Shown here piece by piece: positions 46,062-55,454 of a stretch of DNA of 64,000 nt. Origin of the DNA: Acidimicrobiia bacterium (lineage in GTDB: Bacteria > Actinomycetota > Acidimicrobiia > Spongiisociales > UBA11373); assembly GCA_040878325.1 (NCBI GenBank), contig JBBDMM010000006.1:35012-99011 (forward strand). Direction: 5' to 3'. A program made the position numbers and the translations under genes. The notes beneath the pieces are model-generated. The model was not told the DNA's origin, did not search any database, and saw only the letters and a list, made by a program, of their open reading frames with translations. Position 1 is the stretch's first letter; each line of letters opens with the position of its first letter.

Positions 46062-46217
46062 ATGGACATCGGTGTTCCCCGCCGCGTGATCATCGTCGAG
46101 CCCGAGCCCGTCGCCGCCCCGGCCCGGCGCGAGCTCGAGCCGGAGCCAGCGAACGCGCCGGAACCACCCGGGCGCGAGGACGCCCCCGCGCCGGTCCCCG
46201 CCGGAGCCGGGCTTTGA
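46062..46217 (+). CDS. small Pro/Glu-rich hypothetical protein (alt start 46035)
   Basis: MDIGVPRRVIIVEPEPVAAPARRELEPEPANAPEPPGREDAPAPVPAGAGL. TGA stop overlaps a TTG start of the next ORF (cTTGAg). Confidence 0.3.
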   Translation: MDIGVPRRVIIVEPEPVAAPARRELEPEPANAPEPPGREDAPAPVPAGAGL

Positions 46218-47026
46218 GCACGGTCACGGAGTCAGCGGAGCATCGCCTCGCTCGCCTCACCGCCGATCTGCGTGCCCTCCACGCGGGAGCGACACTGACC
46301 GCCCCACCGATCGACTCGCCGGCCACCCGGGCGCTGCTGGCCGGGCGGCGGATTTCGGAGGGGATCGCGGCCGCCCGCCGTGCCGAGTTCGAAGCGGGCC
46401 GCCGCACTCTCGAGGACGCCCTGGATCGGATGCTCGACAACGCTCCGGCGGCCCTTCCGACACCGGCCACCCCACCACGCTCCCTATGGGACTCACCGCT
46501 CGAAGCCGACCGGTACTGGTCGCCGGTGCCGGTGCTCGGGTTCCGAGCCTGGGAGGTGGGCGACCGGCTGCACGGGGCCAAGCGCCCGTGGCAGTCGCAC
46601 ACCTACGAGGCTGGATGCATCCTCCGTAACAAGGAGCGGTTCGACGAGGCGGTCCCCCACACCGACGGGTCTTGTGGCAGGCCACCGTGTGGGGTGTATG
46701 CCACCAAGAAGGCGTGGTCGCTGCTCGACGAGTGCTTCGACCCGACCCTCGCCTTCGGGATCGTGGAAATGAGCGGCAAGGTGGTCGAACACGACTTCGG
46801 ATACCGGGCACGCCGGGCCACCGCGGTGTTCATGGTGCTCGAGCACCAGGGGCAGGTGGTCACCGCGGCCGACCCCGGTGAGGTGGCCCGACTGTTCGCC
46901 GACCCGGCGGCCTACCTGGCGTCCCACCAGTCGACGGGCGTTCCATGGAATTCGGCGGAGGTGGAGCGGCGGTTGCTGACGGCGGCCAAAGAGCGGGAGA
47001 GGGCTCGATCAGGGGGTCCCGGCTGA
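46214..47026 (+). CDS. hypothetical protein with conserved Cys/His positions (no recognised family)
   Basis: Proposed TTG start. The R-rich N-terminal 80 aa of ORF 45974-47026 is treated as artefact. C-terminal body ...GFRAWEVGDRLHGAKRPWQSHTYEAGC...GSCGRPPCGVYATKK... Confidence 0.45.
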   Translation: MSTVTESAEHRLARLTADLRALHAGATLTAPPIDSPATRALLAGRRISEGIAAARRAEFEAGRRTLEDALDRMLDNAPAALPTPATPPRSLWDSPLEADRYWSPVPVLGFRAWEVGDRLHGAKRPWQSHTYEAGCILRNKERFDEAVPHTDGSCGRPPCGVYATKKAWSLLDECFDPTLAFGIVEMSGKVVEHDFGYRARRATAVFMVLEHQGQVVTAADPGEVARLFADPAAYLASHQSTGVPWNSAEVERRLLTAAKERERARSGGPG

Positions 47027-47400
47027 TGGATCTCCCCCGGGTGGTGTCGACCGACCGACTGCGTGAGCGAGGTTTCGACCTGCCCGGCCTCGCCCCGGAG
47101 GTGTTACGACAGCTCCACCCCTACGGACAGCACCTCGCCTATGAGACCACCACCTTCGGGGAGGTGGAGCCGATCGATATCACCTTGTGCACGGTGCTCG
47201 CCCTCACCGAGCAAGGCGACGTAATGCGGATCCTCCACCAGTTCCGGGACAAGGAGTGGGAGCAGTTGCCCACGGTCGACCGCCTGTTGCGCGACCACGC
47301 CCGCCTGGCGGAGGAGTCGGCGGTGCGCTCGGTGGTGGAGGGCCTGGAGGCCTGCCTCGGCGCCGACCGGGGCTACCAACAGGAGTTGCCGTTCGAGTAG
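47026..47400 (+). CDS. hypothetical protein, translationally coupled (TGATG) to the upstream gene
   Basis: MDLPRVVSTDRLRERGFDLPG... 124 aa. No recognised domain. Confidence 0.45.
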   Translation: MDLPRVVSTDRLRERGFDLPGLAPEVLRQLHPYGQHLAYETTTFGEVEPIDITLCTVLALTEQGDVMRILHQFRDKEWEQLPTVDRLLRDHARLAEESAVRSVVEGLEACLGADRGYQQELPFE

Positions 47401-47476
47401 GTCGCCGAGACCGACGGCTTGCGCGCCTCGTGCCCCAAAGGACGTCCAGGCTCGCACGCTGTCTCAGCCCCCGTCC

Positions 47477-48139
47477 TCATCCGACGATCTCGAGAGCCAC
47501 CGGCAGCACCAACTCCACCCAAAGCGCGTACATCGCCGCCGATGGGTGCAGCCCGTCCCCGGCGAGGAGCGCCGGGTCGTCGTCGGCGCGACGCGAGATC
47601 GGGGTCACGTCGACAAACGCCGCACCCTGCCGCGCCGCCTCCTCCGCCACCACCCGGTTGAAGGCGTCGATCTCGGCGGCGATCCCGCCGCGGTCCTGCC
47701 CCGCGGCAAAGGGGGTGACCCCCCAGTCGGGGATCGACAGCACGACCACCCGGCCCGGCTCCCCGCCGGCGAACCCGATCGCCCGTTCGAGCAGCGCCCC
47801 GAACTCACCGCGGAACCCCTCCACGCCGTAGCCGCGGAACTGGTCGTTGACCCCGATCTGGAGCGTGACCAGATCGAAGGGACCGACGGGAGCGGCCTGG
47901 TCGATCCCCGCCTCCAACTCGGCCACCGTCCATCCGGTGCGGGCGACGATGACCGGACCGTGGACGGTGATTCCCTCATCGCCGAGCCGTCGGGCGAGGA
48001 GCACCGGCCAGCGGTCGGCCGGGTCGACCCCTTCCCCGATGGTGTAGGAGTCGCCCAGGGCGAGCAACCGGGCCTCGCCGCCAGCCGGCGGCGCCGGGGA
48101 ACAGGCGGCGAGCAGGATTAGCACGGCGGCGAACCTCAT
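47477..48139 (-). CDS. SGNH/GDSL hydrolase family lipoprotein
   Basis: Lipobox LLAACS. Block I GDSYT, block III GVND, block V DGLHP. Confidence 0.75.
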   Translation of the reverse strand: MRFAAVLILLAACSPAPPAGGEARLLALGDSYTIGEGVDPADRWPVLLARRLGDEGITVHGPVIVARTGWTVAELEAGIDQAAPVGPFDLVTLQIGVNDQFRGYGVEGFRGEFGALLERAIGFAGGEPGRVVVLSIPDWGVTPFAAGQDRGGIAAEIDAFNRVVAEEAARQGAAFVDVTPISRRADDDPALLAGDGLHPSAAMYALWVELVLPVALEIVG

Positions 48140-49310
48140 CCCTCGAGCACGCCGGCCAGGATGTCGACGGCGTCCCAGACGTCGGTGAACGACACGTAGA
48201 GGGGGGCGAACCCGAAGCGCAGCAGGTCGGGAGGACGGACGTCTCCCTGCAGCCCTGCGGCCACCAGCCGCTCGTACACCCCTGACGCGTCGGGGTGGCG
48301 GAGCGACACCTGGCTCCCCCGCTTCTCGGAGTCACGAGGCGATGCGACCTCGAGCCCGAGCCGCTCGTCTACCAGGTCGATGAACAGCCCGGTGAGGGCG
48401 ATGCTCTTGGCCCGCACCGCGGCGATGTCGATGCCGTCGTAGGCGTCGAGGGCGGCGTCGAGGATCGACATCGAGACGATCGGCTGGGTGCCGGTGATGA
48501 ACCGGCGGATGCCGGGAGCGGGGCGATAGTCGGCTTCCATGAGGAACGGGTCGGCGTGACCGATCCAGCCGGGGATCGGGTCGCGGCTCGCTCAAGATGT
48601 GCCCCGTTGACGTACAGGTAGGCGGGCGCCCCCGGTCCGCCGTTGAGGTACTTGTAGGTGCATCCGACGGCGAGGTCGACGCCCCACCGGTCGAGTGAGA
48701 TCGGAAGCACCCCGGCGCTGTGGGAGAGATCCCAGATCGCCAGCGCCCCGGAGGCGTGGATCGTCTCGGTGATGGACCCCATGTCGACGATCTCGGCCGT
48801 ACGGAAGTCGACGTGGTTCATCACCACCGCCGCCACCTCCTCATCGAGGAGGTTGTCCACGGATTGGCCCCGGGGAATCACCCGGACCCGGCCTCCGATG
48901 AGGTGGGCGACGCTCGCGGCCACATAGCGGTCGGTGGGGAACGCCCCCTCCTCGATGACGACGGCGGTGCGGCCCGGTTGGAGGGTGGCCGCGGCCAGGA
49001 GCGCCTTGTAGAGGTTGGTGGTGGTGGTGTCGCACACCACCACCCGGCCGGGCTCTGCTCCGATCAGCCGGCCGATCCGGTCACCGAGCCGTAAAGGCAG
49101 CTCCCACCACCCCTCCTCCATCCAGCCCCGGATGAGCCGAAGGGACCACTGGTCGAGGATGGCGTCGGCCCGGTCGGGAACTCCGCGCGGCATCAACCCC
49201 AGGGAGTTTCCGTCCAGATACACGAGGCCATCGGTCACCACAAACCGGTTACGCGCCGCCGCCAGCGGGTCGGCGGCGTCGCGAACCTCGAACTCGGCGC
49301 GGGTCGTCAC
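48136..49310 (-). pseudogene. kynU: kynureninase with a single-nucleotide frameshift near 48591-48600
   Basis: The N-terminal 240 aa (LDGNSLG ... CTYKYLNGGPGAPAYLYV) are in the frame of ORF 48369-49310. The conserved continuation PIPGWIGHADPF-LMEADYRPAPGIRRFITGTQP...RFGFAPLYVSFTDVW is in the +1 frame (ORF 48136-48540). Confidence 0.75.
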
Positions 49311-49461
49311 CCTGGCACGCTAGCGAGAGGTGTCAGCCGACGGCCCGGCTGCCCACCTCCTGATCGATGAGCAAGATCGCCGAGGTGGTCACCACCCCCC
49401 ATCACCTCCTTTGGGCTCAACCGCGGTTAATTTGGCCGGTAGCACTCCCCGAAACGGACCC

Positions 49462-50667
49462 ATGAAGAGCACCGTTCTTCTCCTGACACTCGCCCTGGTC
49501 GCCGCCTCATGTGGCGGTACGACCGCCGACACCACCACTACCACCGAGGCGACAACCACCACCGCCATCACGGTGCCGGCGACCACCACCTCCACCGGAC
49601 CGACGACCACGACCACCACTCTGCCTCCGTCGCCGGTGCTGGCGACCGAGGGTGACGACAACGAGATCGTCGCCGCCTTCCAGTTCCTCCTCAACTGCGG
49701 GGGTTATGGGGAGCTGACGGTCGACGGCGAGTTCGGTGCGGGGACCACCACCGCGGTCACGGAGGCTCAGGAGGCGCTGGGATTCGACCCGACCGGCGAA
49801 CCGACGGAGAACTTCTTCATCGCCCTCAACCAGTTGTGTCCCCAGACCCGTGCCGTCGAATTCGGCGAGGACGAGATCGCGGTGCGAGTGTTCGGCCACA
49901 CCTCGGCGCTCGACCCGGAGAACTTCTCCATCCCGCTGATCTTCGGCAGCACGCTGATGGTGACACTGGTCTCCGGTGACGGCGCGATCGCCACGGTGTG
50001 GGATGCGCAAGGGACGCCCCTCGAGTCGGAGGACGGAACCACCTTCCTGATCGAGGAAACCGGTGACTACCGAATCGAGGTGAGCACCGCCGACGACCCG
50101 ACCGTGTTCACCATCGAAGTCGAGGTCACTTCGATCGCCGAGGCCGGCGAGTGGATCATCACCACCGACGGGATCTCCCACGATGACACCGAGTTCCTCC
50201 TCGGCACCGCCGCCGGGCCGATGATCACCAAGATCTTCGAATTCCTCGGCCACGGAGTGCGAAGCGACTTCGACGAGTTCGACACCGGATGGGACGCCGC
50301 CGGACAGGAAGGTTTCCGGGGGATCTTCATCGAAGGCCTCGCCTTCCTCTTCACCGGCCCCAACGCCGAGAACCCGGGGCGCCCGGAAGTCTTCGCCCGG
50401 GTGAGGTATGTCGGCCCCTCCTTCGACGCCGATGGCGAGCCCAGGCCGGCCGGGTTCGTCCAGACCCTGTCCGGAATCACGGTGGGCCACACGCTCGAAG
50501 ACCTGATCGACACCTACGGGTCGTCAGTGCGGTCCGGCAGCAACAGCGAAGAGCACTACTACCGCTACGGCGCCGCCGACGGTTCAGAAGTCTGCTTCTA
50601 CTTCGGCGAAGACGAGCCGGATGATGACGACCAGATCCTCGAGATCTCTACGGAGTGCCGGGGGTAG
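49462..50667 (+). CDS. secreted lipoprotein with Thr-rich linker and peptidoglycan-binding (PG_binding_1-like) domain
   Basis: MKSTVLLLTLALVAASCGG. TTTTTEATTTTA linker. EIVAAFQFLLNCGGYGELTVDGEFGAGTTTAVTEAQ resembles a PGBD. Confidence 0.6.
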   Translation: MKSTVLLLTLALVAASCGGTTADTTTTTEATTTTAITVPATTTSTGPTTTTTTLPPSPVLATEGDDNEIVAAFQFLLNCGGYGELTVDGEFGAGTTTAVTEAQEALGFDPTGEPTENFFIALNQLCPQTRAVEFGEDEIAVRVFGHTSALDPENFSIPLIFGSTLMVTLVSGDGAIATVWDAQGTPLESEDGTTFLIEETGDYRIEVSTADDPTVFTIEVEVTSIAEAGEWIITTDGISHDDTEFLLGTAAGPMITKIFEFLGHGVRSDFDEFDTGWDAAGQEGFRGIFIEGLAFLFTGPNAENPGRPEVFARVRYVGPSFDADGEPRPAGFVQTLSGITVGHTLEDLIDTYGSSVRSGSNSEEHYYRYGAADGSEVCFYFGEDEPDDDDQILEISTECRG

Positions 50668-50788
50668 GCGCGCGGAGCTAGCTGGTGGCGCCCGACCCAC
50701 CTTCGGAGCGCCACCGACCACGACCCGCGGCACGGAATTCTGTCGGTCGTGATGGGTAGTCTCTCCAGCGGTTCAACCGGGGGGAGAC

Positions 50789-53257
50789 TTGAGCGAAGCA
50801 TTCTGGGAGCAGGGCGATACGGTCGATCGTGTCCCCGTCCACATCAGCATGCGGATCATCGAGCTCTTTTCAGAGGGCTTGTACGCCAGTCCGAACAAGG
50901 CACTTGAGGAGTTGGTCGCTAACGCGTTCGATGCGGGGGCGACCAGGACTCACGTTGCACTCTCTGTGGACCTCTCGGCTGACGATGCGCTTATCGTCGT
51001 CATCGACAACGGCGTAGGCATGGACGCGGCCGGTCTGAAGAAGCACTGGATCATCGGTGAGAGCGACAAGCGCACGACAGCGGATTCTCGCAAACGAGCT
51101 CCGATCGGGAAATTCGGAATCGGGAAGCTCGCAACATTCGTACTTGCTAGTCGCCTGACACATATCTCAAAGGCTGGCGGGAAGTACTGGTCAACCAGCA
51201 TGGACTTCTCGACCCTCCCTACCGGGAAAGGGGCTGAGACCGACCAAGTCGACCTCGACCTCCGAGAGCTTACGCTTACCGAGGCGAAGGCTGCCGTCTC
51301 CCAAATTCTCGAGACCGCCGGGCTAGGCATGAAGAGCGTTCCCCTTTTCGGTCGTGGCGCGGACGAGTCGTGGACTGTCGCCGTTATGTCCGACCTGAAA
51401 CCGATGGCGACGGAGATCACCATCGGGCGCCTCGGCTGGGTGCTAAGAACTGGAATGCCGCTCCGCGATGATTTCGTGTTGGTGCTCAATGGCACCGAGT
51501 TGACACCAGCAAAGGGTTCGAAGCATCGGATCGCGCGCCTCAGGCTCGGGGATGACGTCAAGTCAGTCCCGAAACCGGCAACCGACGACTACGAAGTCTC
51601 GGTTGATAAGAAACGCGGAGCGGACGACGGGCGATTCGGCCTCGTGGGTGCTCAACTCGGGCGAGTTACCGGCTACCTCGAGGTTTACGAGAATCCCATT
51701 GATACTGGGAAGGCGTGGGAACGATCGAATGGCTTCTTTGTGTATGTGCGAGGACGGCTGATCAACGGCGCAGATCCGGGATTCGGACTCGACCGAAACC
51801 TGCTTCGACACGGTACGTTTTCTCGGATGCGAGCCGTCGTCCACATGGACCGCCTTGACGACGAATTGCGCTCCTCGCGCGAGTCTGTTCGCGAGGGACC
51901 CACCCTTTTCGAAGCCCGCCACTTCCTCCACGGACTCTTCAACCTCGCCCGCAACACCTTGACCGGTTTTGAGGAAGAGCATGACCCGAGTAGACGTGTC
52001 GGCGACCGATTCGCCGCGGGACCTGCAAGTCTGACAGTCGCGCCGATACTTCGACTAGCAGCCGCAGCGATCCGAGGAGATGCAGTGCCGCTTCTCCTTG
52101 AAGTCGCGCTGCCAGCTGGGGTCTCCGCAGATGACTTCATCACCGACTTGAACAGGGCGGCCGAGGAGGCCGGTGGAATCCTCCGGGGGACTTCGCTAAC
52201 GGACCTTGGCCCCAGATCGGGTATCGCTCGCCTCAACCTCAGCGAGGGATTACTTCAGATCAATCTGGCTCACCCTTTTGTTGCCAGCTTCGTAGATGAC
52301 TTCTCGGATCCAAAGAGGAGTCTCCCACTAGAGCTACTGGCGATGGCCGAAGTCGTGCTCGAAGCGCAACTTTTCGACCAAGGGATGTCGACCGCCGACG
52401 CCCGTGAAGTACTCCGACAAAGGGATGACACCCTACGTGTTCTTGCGAGAGAACACGCTGAGCCGAATGCGATCACGATTGCCCAAGAGCTCTTGGATAG
52501 CGTATCGGACAAGGCAGCGCTTGAGACGGCTGTAGTCGCCTGCTTCGACTCGCTCGGATTCGAGGCTGTCCATGTGGGTGGGAAGGAAAAGCCCGACGGG
52601 TACGCCGATGCCCACCTCGGGGTTGAGAGCGATCTCAGCAAGGCGGCCTATAGGGTCACACTCGAGGCGAAGAGCAAGGAGCGGCCCGGGGCGAAAGCCG
52701 CTTCGAAGGCAGTCGGGGTGTCAGCCATTGAACGCCACATGACCGACTTCGGGGCAAAACACTGTGTTGTCGTCGCTCCCGACTTCGAGAAGGGCGTATT
52801 GAGCAAGGAGATCACTGCGGTTCGCGAGAAGACCGGTAGGTCCATAACCCTGGTGCGAGCGATCGACCTAGCCCGCCTCGTGCGCTTGGCGCCTCGCAAG
52901 GGGATCAACCTCTCGGACCTCGAGGAGCTCTTCGAGTGTTCAACGTCTGATGAAGTGTCGGAGTTCGTAGACAGCATCGAGAAGCTGCCGGACCGCACGA
53001 ATACCTTCAGGACGATCCTCGAGGCAATCTGGCAGGAGCAACAGGAACAGCCGGACGCCGCGGTTCACTACTCGGCGCTTCGAGTAGCACTGCGGAAGTC
53101 GGCGAACATCAAACTGAGCGACGATGAAGTGAAGTCCGCGTGCATGGCGCTCTCGGCCATGGCGCCGACACACGTCTTCGCCCGTACCGATCGCGTGGAA
53201 CTAAGCATCCGACCCGATAAGGTTCTTGCCGCGATCGCCGCGTACATAGCAGCATGA
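50789..53257 (+). CDS. MORC-like GHKL ATPase fused to C-terminal Mrr-type PD-(D/E)xK restriction-endonuclease domain (TTG start)
   Basis: N-box ELVANAFDAGAT, G1 IDNGVGMD, G2 GKFGIGKLA, then a transducer-like middle domain. C-terminal KPDGYADAHLG ... YRVTLEAKSKE gives PD-x(n)-ExK. Locus GC is clearly lower than the rest of the window. Confidence 0.75.
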   Translation: MSEAFWEQGDTVDRVPVHISMRIIELFSEGLYASPNKALEELVANAFDAGATRTHVALSVDLSADDALIVVIDNGVGMDAAGLKKHWIIGESDKRTTADSRKRAPIGKFGIGKLATFVLASRLTHISKAGGKYWSTSMDFSTLPTGKGAETDQVDLDLRELTLTEAKAAVSQILETAGLGMKSVPLFGRGADESWTVAVMSDLKPMATEITIGRLGWVLRTGMPLRDDFVLVLNGTELTPAKGSKHRIARLRLGDDVKSVPKPATDDYEVSVDKKRGADDGRFGLVGAQLGRVTGYLEVYENPIDTGKAWERSNGFFVYVRGRLINGADPGFGLDRNLLRHGTFSRMRAVVHMDRLDDELRSSRESVREGPTLFEARHFLHGLFNLARNTLTGFEEEHDPSRRVGDRFAAGPASLTVAPILRLAAAAIRGDAVPLLLEVALPAGVSADDFITDLNRAAEEAGGILRGTSLTDLGPRSGIARLNLSEGLLQINLAHPFVASFVDDFSDPKRSLPLELLAMAEVVLEAQLFDQGMSTADAREVLRQRDDTLRVLAREHAEPNAITIAQELLDSVSDKAALETAVVACFDSLGFEAVHVGGKEKPDGYADAHLGVESDLSKAAYRVTLEAKSKERPGAKAASKAVGVSAIERHMTDFGAKHCVVVAPDFEKGVLSKEITAVREKTGRSITLVRAIDLARLVRLAPRKGINLSDLEELFECSTSDEVSEFVDSIEKLPDRTNTFRTILEAIWQEQQEQPDAAVHYSALRVALRKSANIKLSDDEVKSACMALSAMAPTHVFARTDRVELSIRPDKVLAAIAAYIAA

Positions 53258-54468
53258 CCTATCTGCACCCGTTTCCGGCGCGGATGGCCCCCGAATTGGC
53301 AGCGGCAGCCATCGACCACCTTGAAGGCCCCAGGCAGCGGGTCCTAGACCCGATGTGTGGCTCTGGAACGACACTGCTTGCAGCGCGCAGGGCTGGCCAC
53401 CATGCGATCGGTCTGGACCTTGATCCACACGCCGTGATGCTGTCGAAGGGCCTCCTGACGAGCTACGAATCGAACCTCCTCCGCGACGCCAGCGAAGAGG
53501 TCCTCCAACTCGCAAGAAGCATCAAAGGCCGGATTACGCAAGGGACCGCGTATCCCGAAAGCTCGGATTTCGCCACGCGCGAGTTTCTCCGGTATTGGTT
53601 CGACCCGGCGACGCGTATCCAACTCACAGCACTGATACGGGTAATCGACGAGCAGCCTCGCGACGAGCTTTGGAGGCTCCTACGAATCGCATTCTCGCGA
53701 ATGATCATCGTTAAAGAGAATGGCGTGTCACTGGCGATGGACGTCGCTCATAGTCGCCCGCATCGAACTTACGACAAGTCCCCAACTCACCCTTTTGACC
53801 TGTGGCCAGTCTCGATCGCGACGGTAGCGCGAGCCATCGAGGTATCCCGAGTCCCGGACGATCACCCGTTGGCGTCTGTCATGTTGGGCGACGCGCGGGC
53901 GACCGGCCTCCCCGACTCGTCGATCGATGCAATCGTCACCTCACCCCCATACCTCAACGGAATCGACTACATCCGGGCTTCCAAGTTTGCTCTCGTGTGG
54001 TTTGGGCACAACGTGGGTGAACTGCGCGAGTTGCGAGCGTCGTTGGTGGGAGCAGAGAGAGGACTGGCAGCCAGCGAACTCAGCGGCCTGGTCGCTGAGT
54101 TTGACGACGCCCATTGGTATCGCGAGCTCCCAAGTCGGCAACGGGGTCTGGTGCACCGGTACCTGGCGGATATGAGAAGCGTACTTGCAGAGTCGGCGAG
54201 GGTATTGAAGCTTGGGGCGACAGCCGTGCTCGTTGTTGGAGACTCAAGGCACCGGGGAGTCACAATCCCCAACAGCGAGATCCTTCAGCGTCTGGCGAGT
54301 CTTGCTGGCTTCAAGATCATCAAGAAAGTAGCGAGGCCCCTTCCGACGAAACACCGATACCTCCCACCGCCGCAGTCAACGGCGACGTCCGACCTGGATC
54401 GGCGACTGTCTTCCGAGTGGGTGCTCACTTTCAAGAAGACGAGTGGGTGCTCACCTTCAAGAAGATAG
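53254..54468 (+). CDS. DNA methyltransferase (amino-MTase, N6-adenine or N4-cytosine), translationally coupled (ATGA) to the GHKL-nuclease gene
   Basis: Motif X/I HPFPARMAPELAAAAI...VLDPMCGSGTT near the N-terminus and motif IV IVTSPPY about 200 aa downstream. Confidence 0.85.
   Translation: MTYLHPFPARMAPELAAAAIDHLEGPRQRVLDPMCGSGTTLLAARRAGHHAIGLDLDPHAVMLSKGLLTSYESNLLRDASEEVLQLARSIKGRITQGTAYPESSDFATREFLRYWFDPATRIQLTALIRVIDEQPRDELWRLLRIAFSRMIIVKENGVSLAMDVAHSRPHRTYDKSPTHPFDLWPVSIATVARAIEVSRVPDDHPLASVMLGDARATGLPDSSIDAIVTSPPYLNGIDYIRASKFALVWFGHNVGELRELRASLVGAERGLAASELSGLVAEFDDAHWYRELPSRQRGLVHRYLADMRSVLAESARVLKLGATAVLVVGDSRHRGVTIPNSEILQRLASLAGFKIIKKVARPLPTKHRYLPPPQSTATSDLDRRLSSEWVLTFKKTSGCSPSRR
54415..54466 (+). 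repeat. 26-bp imperfect tandem duplication (2 copies, 24/26 identical) spanning the MTase stop codon
   Basis: gagtgggtgctcactttcaagaagac | gagtgggtgctcaccttcaagaagat. Removing one copy puts the MTase in frame with the downstream kinase ORF. Confidence 0.9.
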
Positions 54469-54665
54469 GACGAGCCTTCAATCAAACAGCCCCGCTCTCC
54501 GACGCAGCGCAGGGGCTAGCCGATTCACGCTCTGGGCCTGCCGCACCATCCCGCACCATCAGGGTTGAAGTCACCACGTCGAAGACGCCACGAGGATGGC
54601 CACCTCGATTCGCGGTCGCGAAGTCTAGTGTCCCTCTCTATGCGACCGTTACCTGGGAGGCCAAG

Positions 54666-55454
54666 GTGGGTGCAGAGTTCGGTCCCCTGATTGCCGGCGG
54701 ACCCGATCGGGTCGTCCGGCGAGGCAAATACGTTCTTAGGAAAACGGGTCCCTGGACGCCGACGGTCCATGCCCTGTTGGCGCACTTCGAGCGCTTGGGA
54801 GTGCGGGGCGCGCCGCGCGCGCGAGGCCTTACGGCTGGTGGGTGTGAACGGGTCAGCTTCGTCGAAGGCACCACGATTGTCTGGCCCGAGAAGTGGCCGA
54901 GTGGGATGCAAAGCGACGAGTATCTGCGAGATGTGGCCCAGCTTGTCCGACTGCTGCACGACGCCAGCGAAACTTTCCGTCCCCCGAGCGATGCCATCTG
55001 GCAGGAGCAGCCGCTGACTCTGTCGCACGGTGACATTATCTGTCACAATGACCTCGGGCCTTGGAACACCGTTACGCGCGGGAACAGGCCAGTTGCCATA
55101 ATCGACTGGGACATGGCAGCTCCCGGCACGAGGGATTGGGACGTCGCCTTAGCTCTGTGGCACTGGGTGCCGCTATACGACGATAACGAAATACTCGAGT
55201 GGGGATGGGCGACAGTGCCTGATAGGCGGCACCGAATTGAGGTCTTCTCGGCTGCCTATGGGATCGAGACTCCTCGTGACCAACTTCTGAAGACCATAAG
55301 GAAGAGGCAAGTCGCGACTCTTCGCACTATTAGGTGGGCCCAGTCGAATCCGAACCTCCCGGGAGCAGACGTCTGGGTGGACTGCGTTCCCCCTCACGTG
55401 GTGCGTCGCCAGCTCAGGTGGCTCGACTCTAACGCTGAGACACTCCTCCCATAG
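54666..55454 (+). CDS. APH/ChoK-fold phosphotransferase (aminoglycoside-phosphotransferase-like kinase); GTG start tentative, frame open upstream to the repeat
   Basis: Catalytic loop ICHNDLGPWN (HxDxxxxN) and IDWDMAAPGTRDWD (D-W-D metal-binding segment). Confidence 0.7.
   Translation: MGAEFGPLIAGGPDRVVRRGKYVLRKTGPWTPTVHALLAHFERLGVRGAPRARGLTAGGCERVSFVEGTTIVWPEKWPSGMQSDEYLRDVAQLVRLLHDASETFRPPSDAIWQEQPLTLSHGDIICHNDLGPWNTVTRGNRPVAIIDWDMAAPGTRDWDVALALWHWVPLYDDNEILEWGWATVPDRRHRIEVFSAAYGIETPRDQLLKTIRKRQVATLRTIRWAQSNPNLPGADVWVDCVPPHVVRRQLRWLDSNAETLLP

Noticed and set aside
45974-46213. N-terminal 80 codons of ORF 45974-47026 (MAGGYHLRTLVRRR...ARARAGA...)
   Set aside because: Extremely Arg/Ala/Pro-rich. 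It overlaps a more plausible small ORF in another frame. The coding-like sequence starts near the TTG at 46214.
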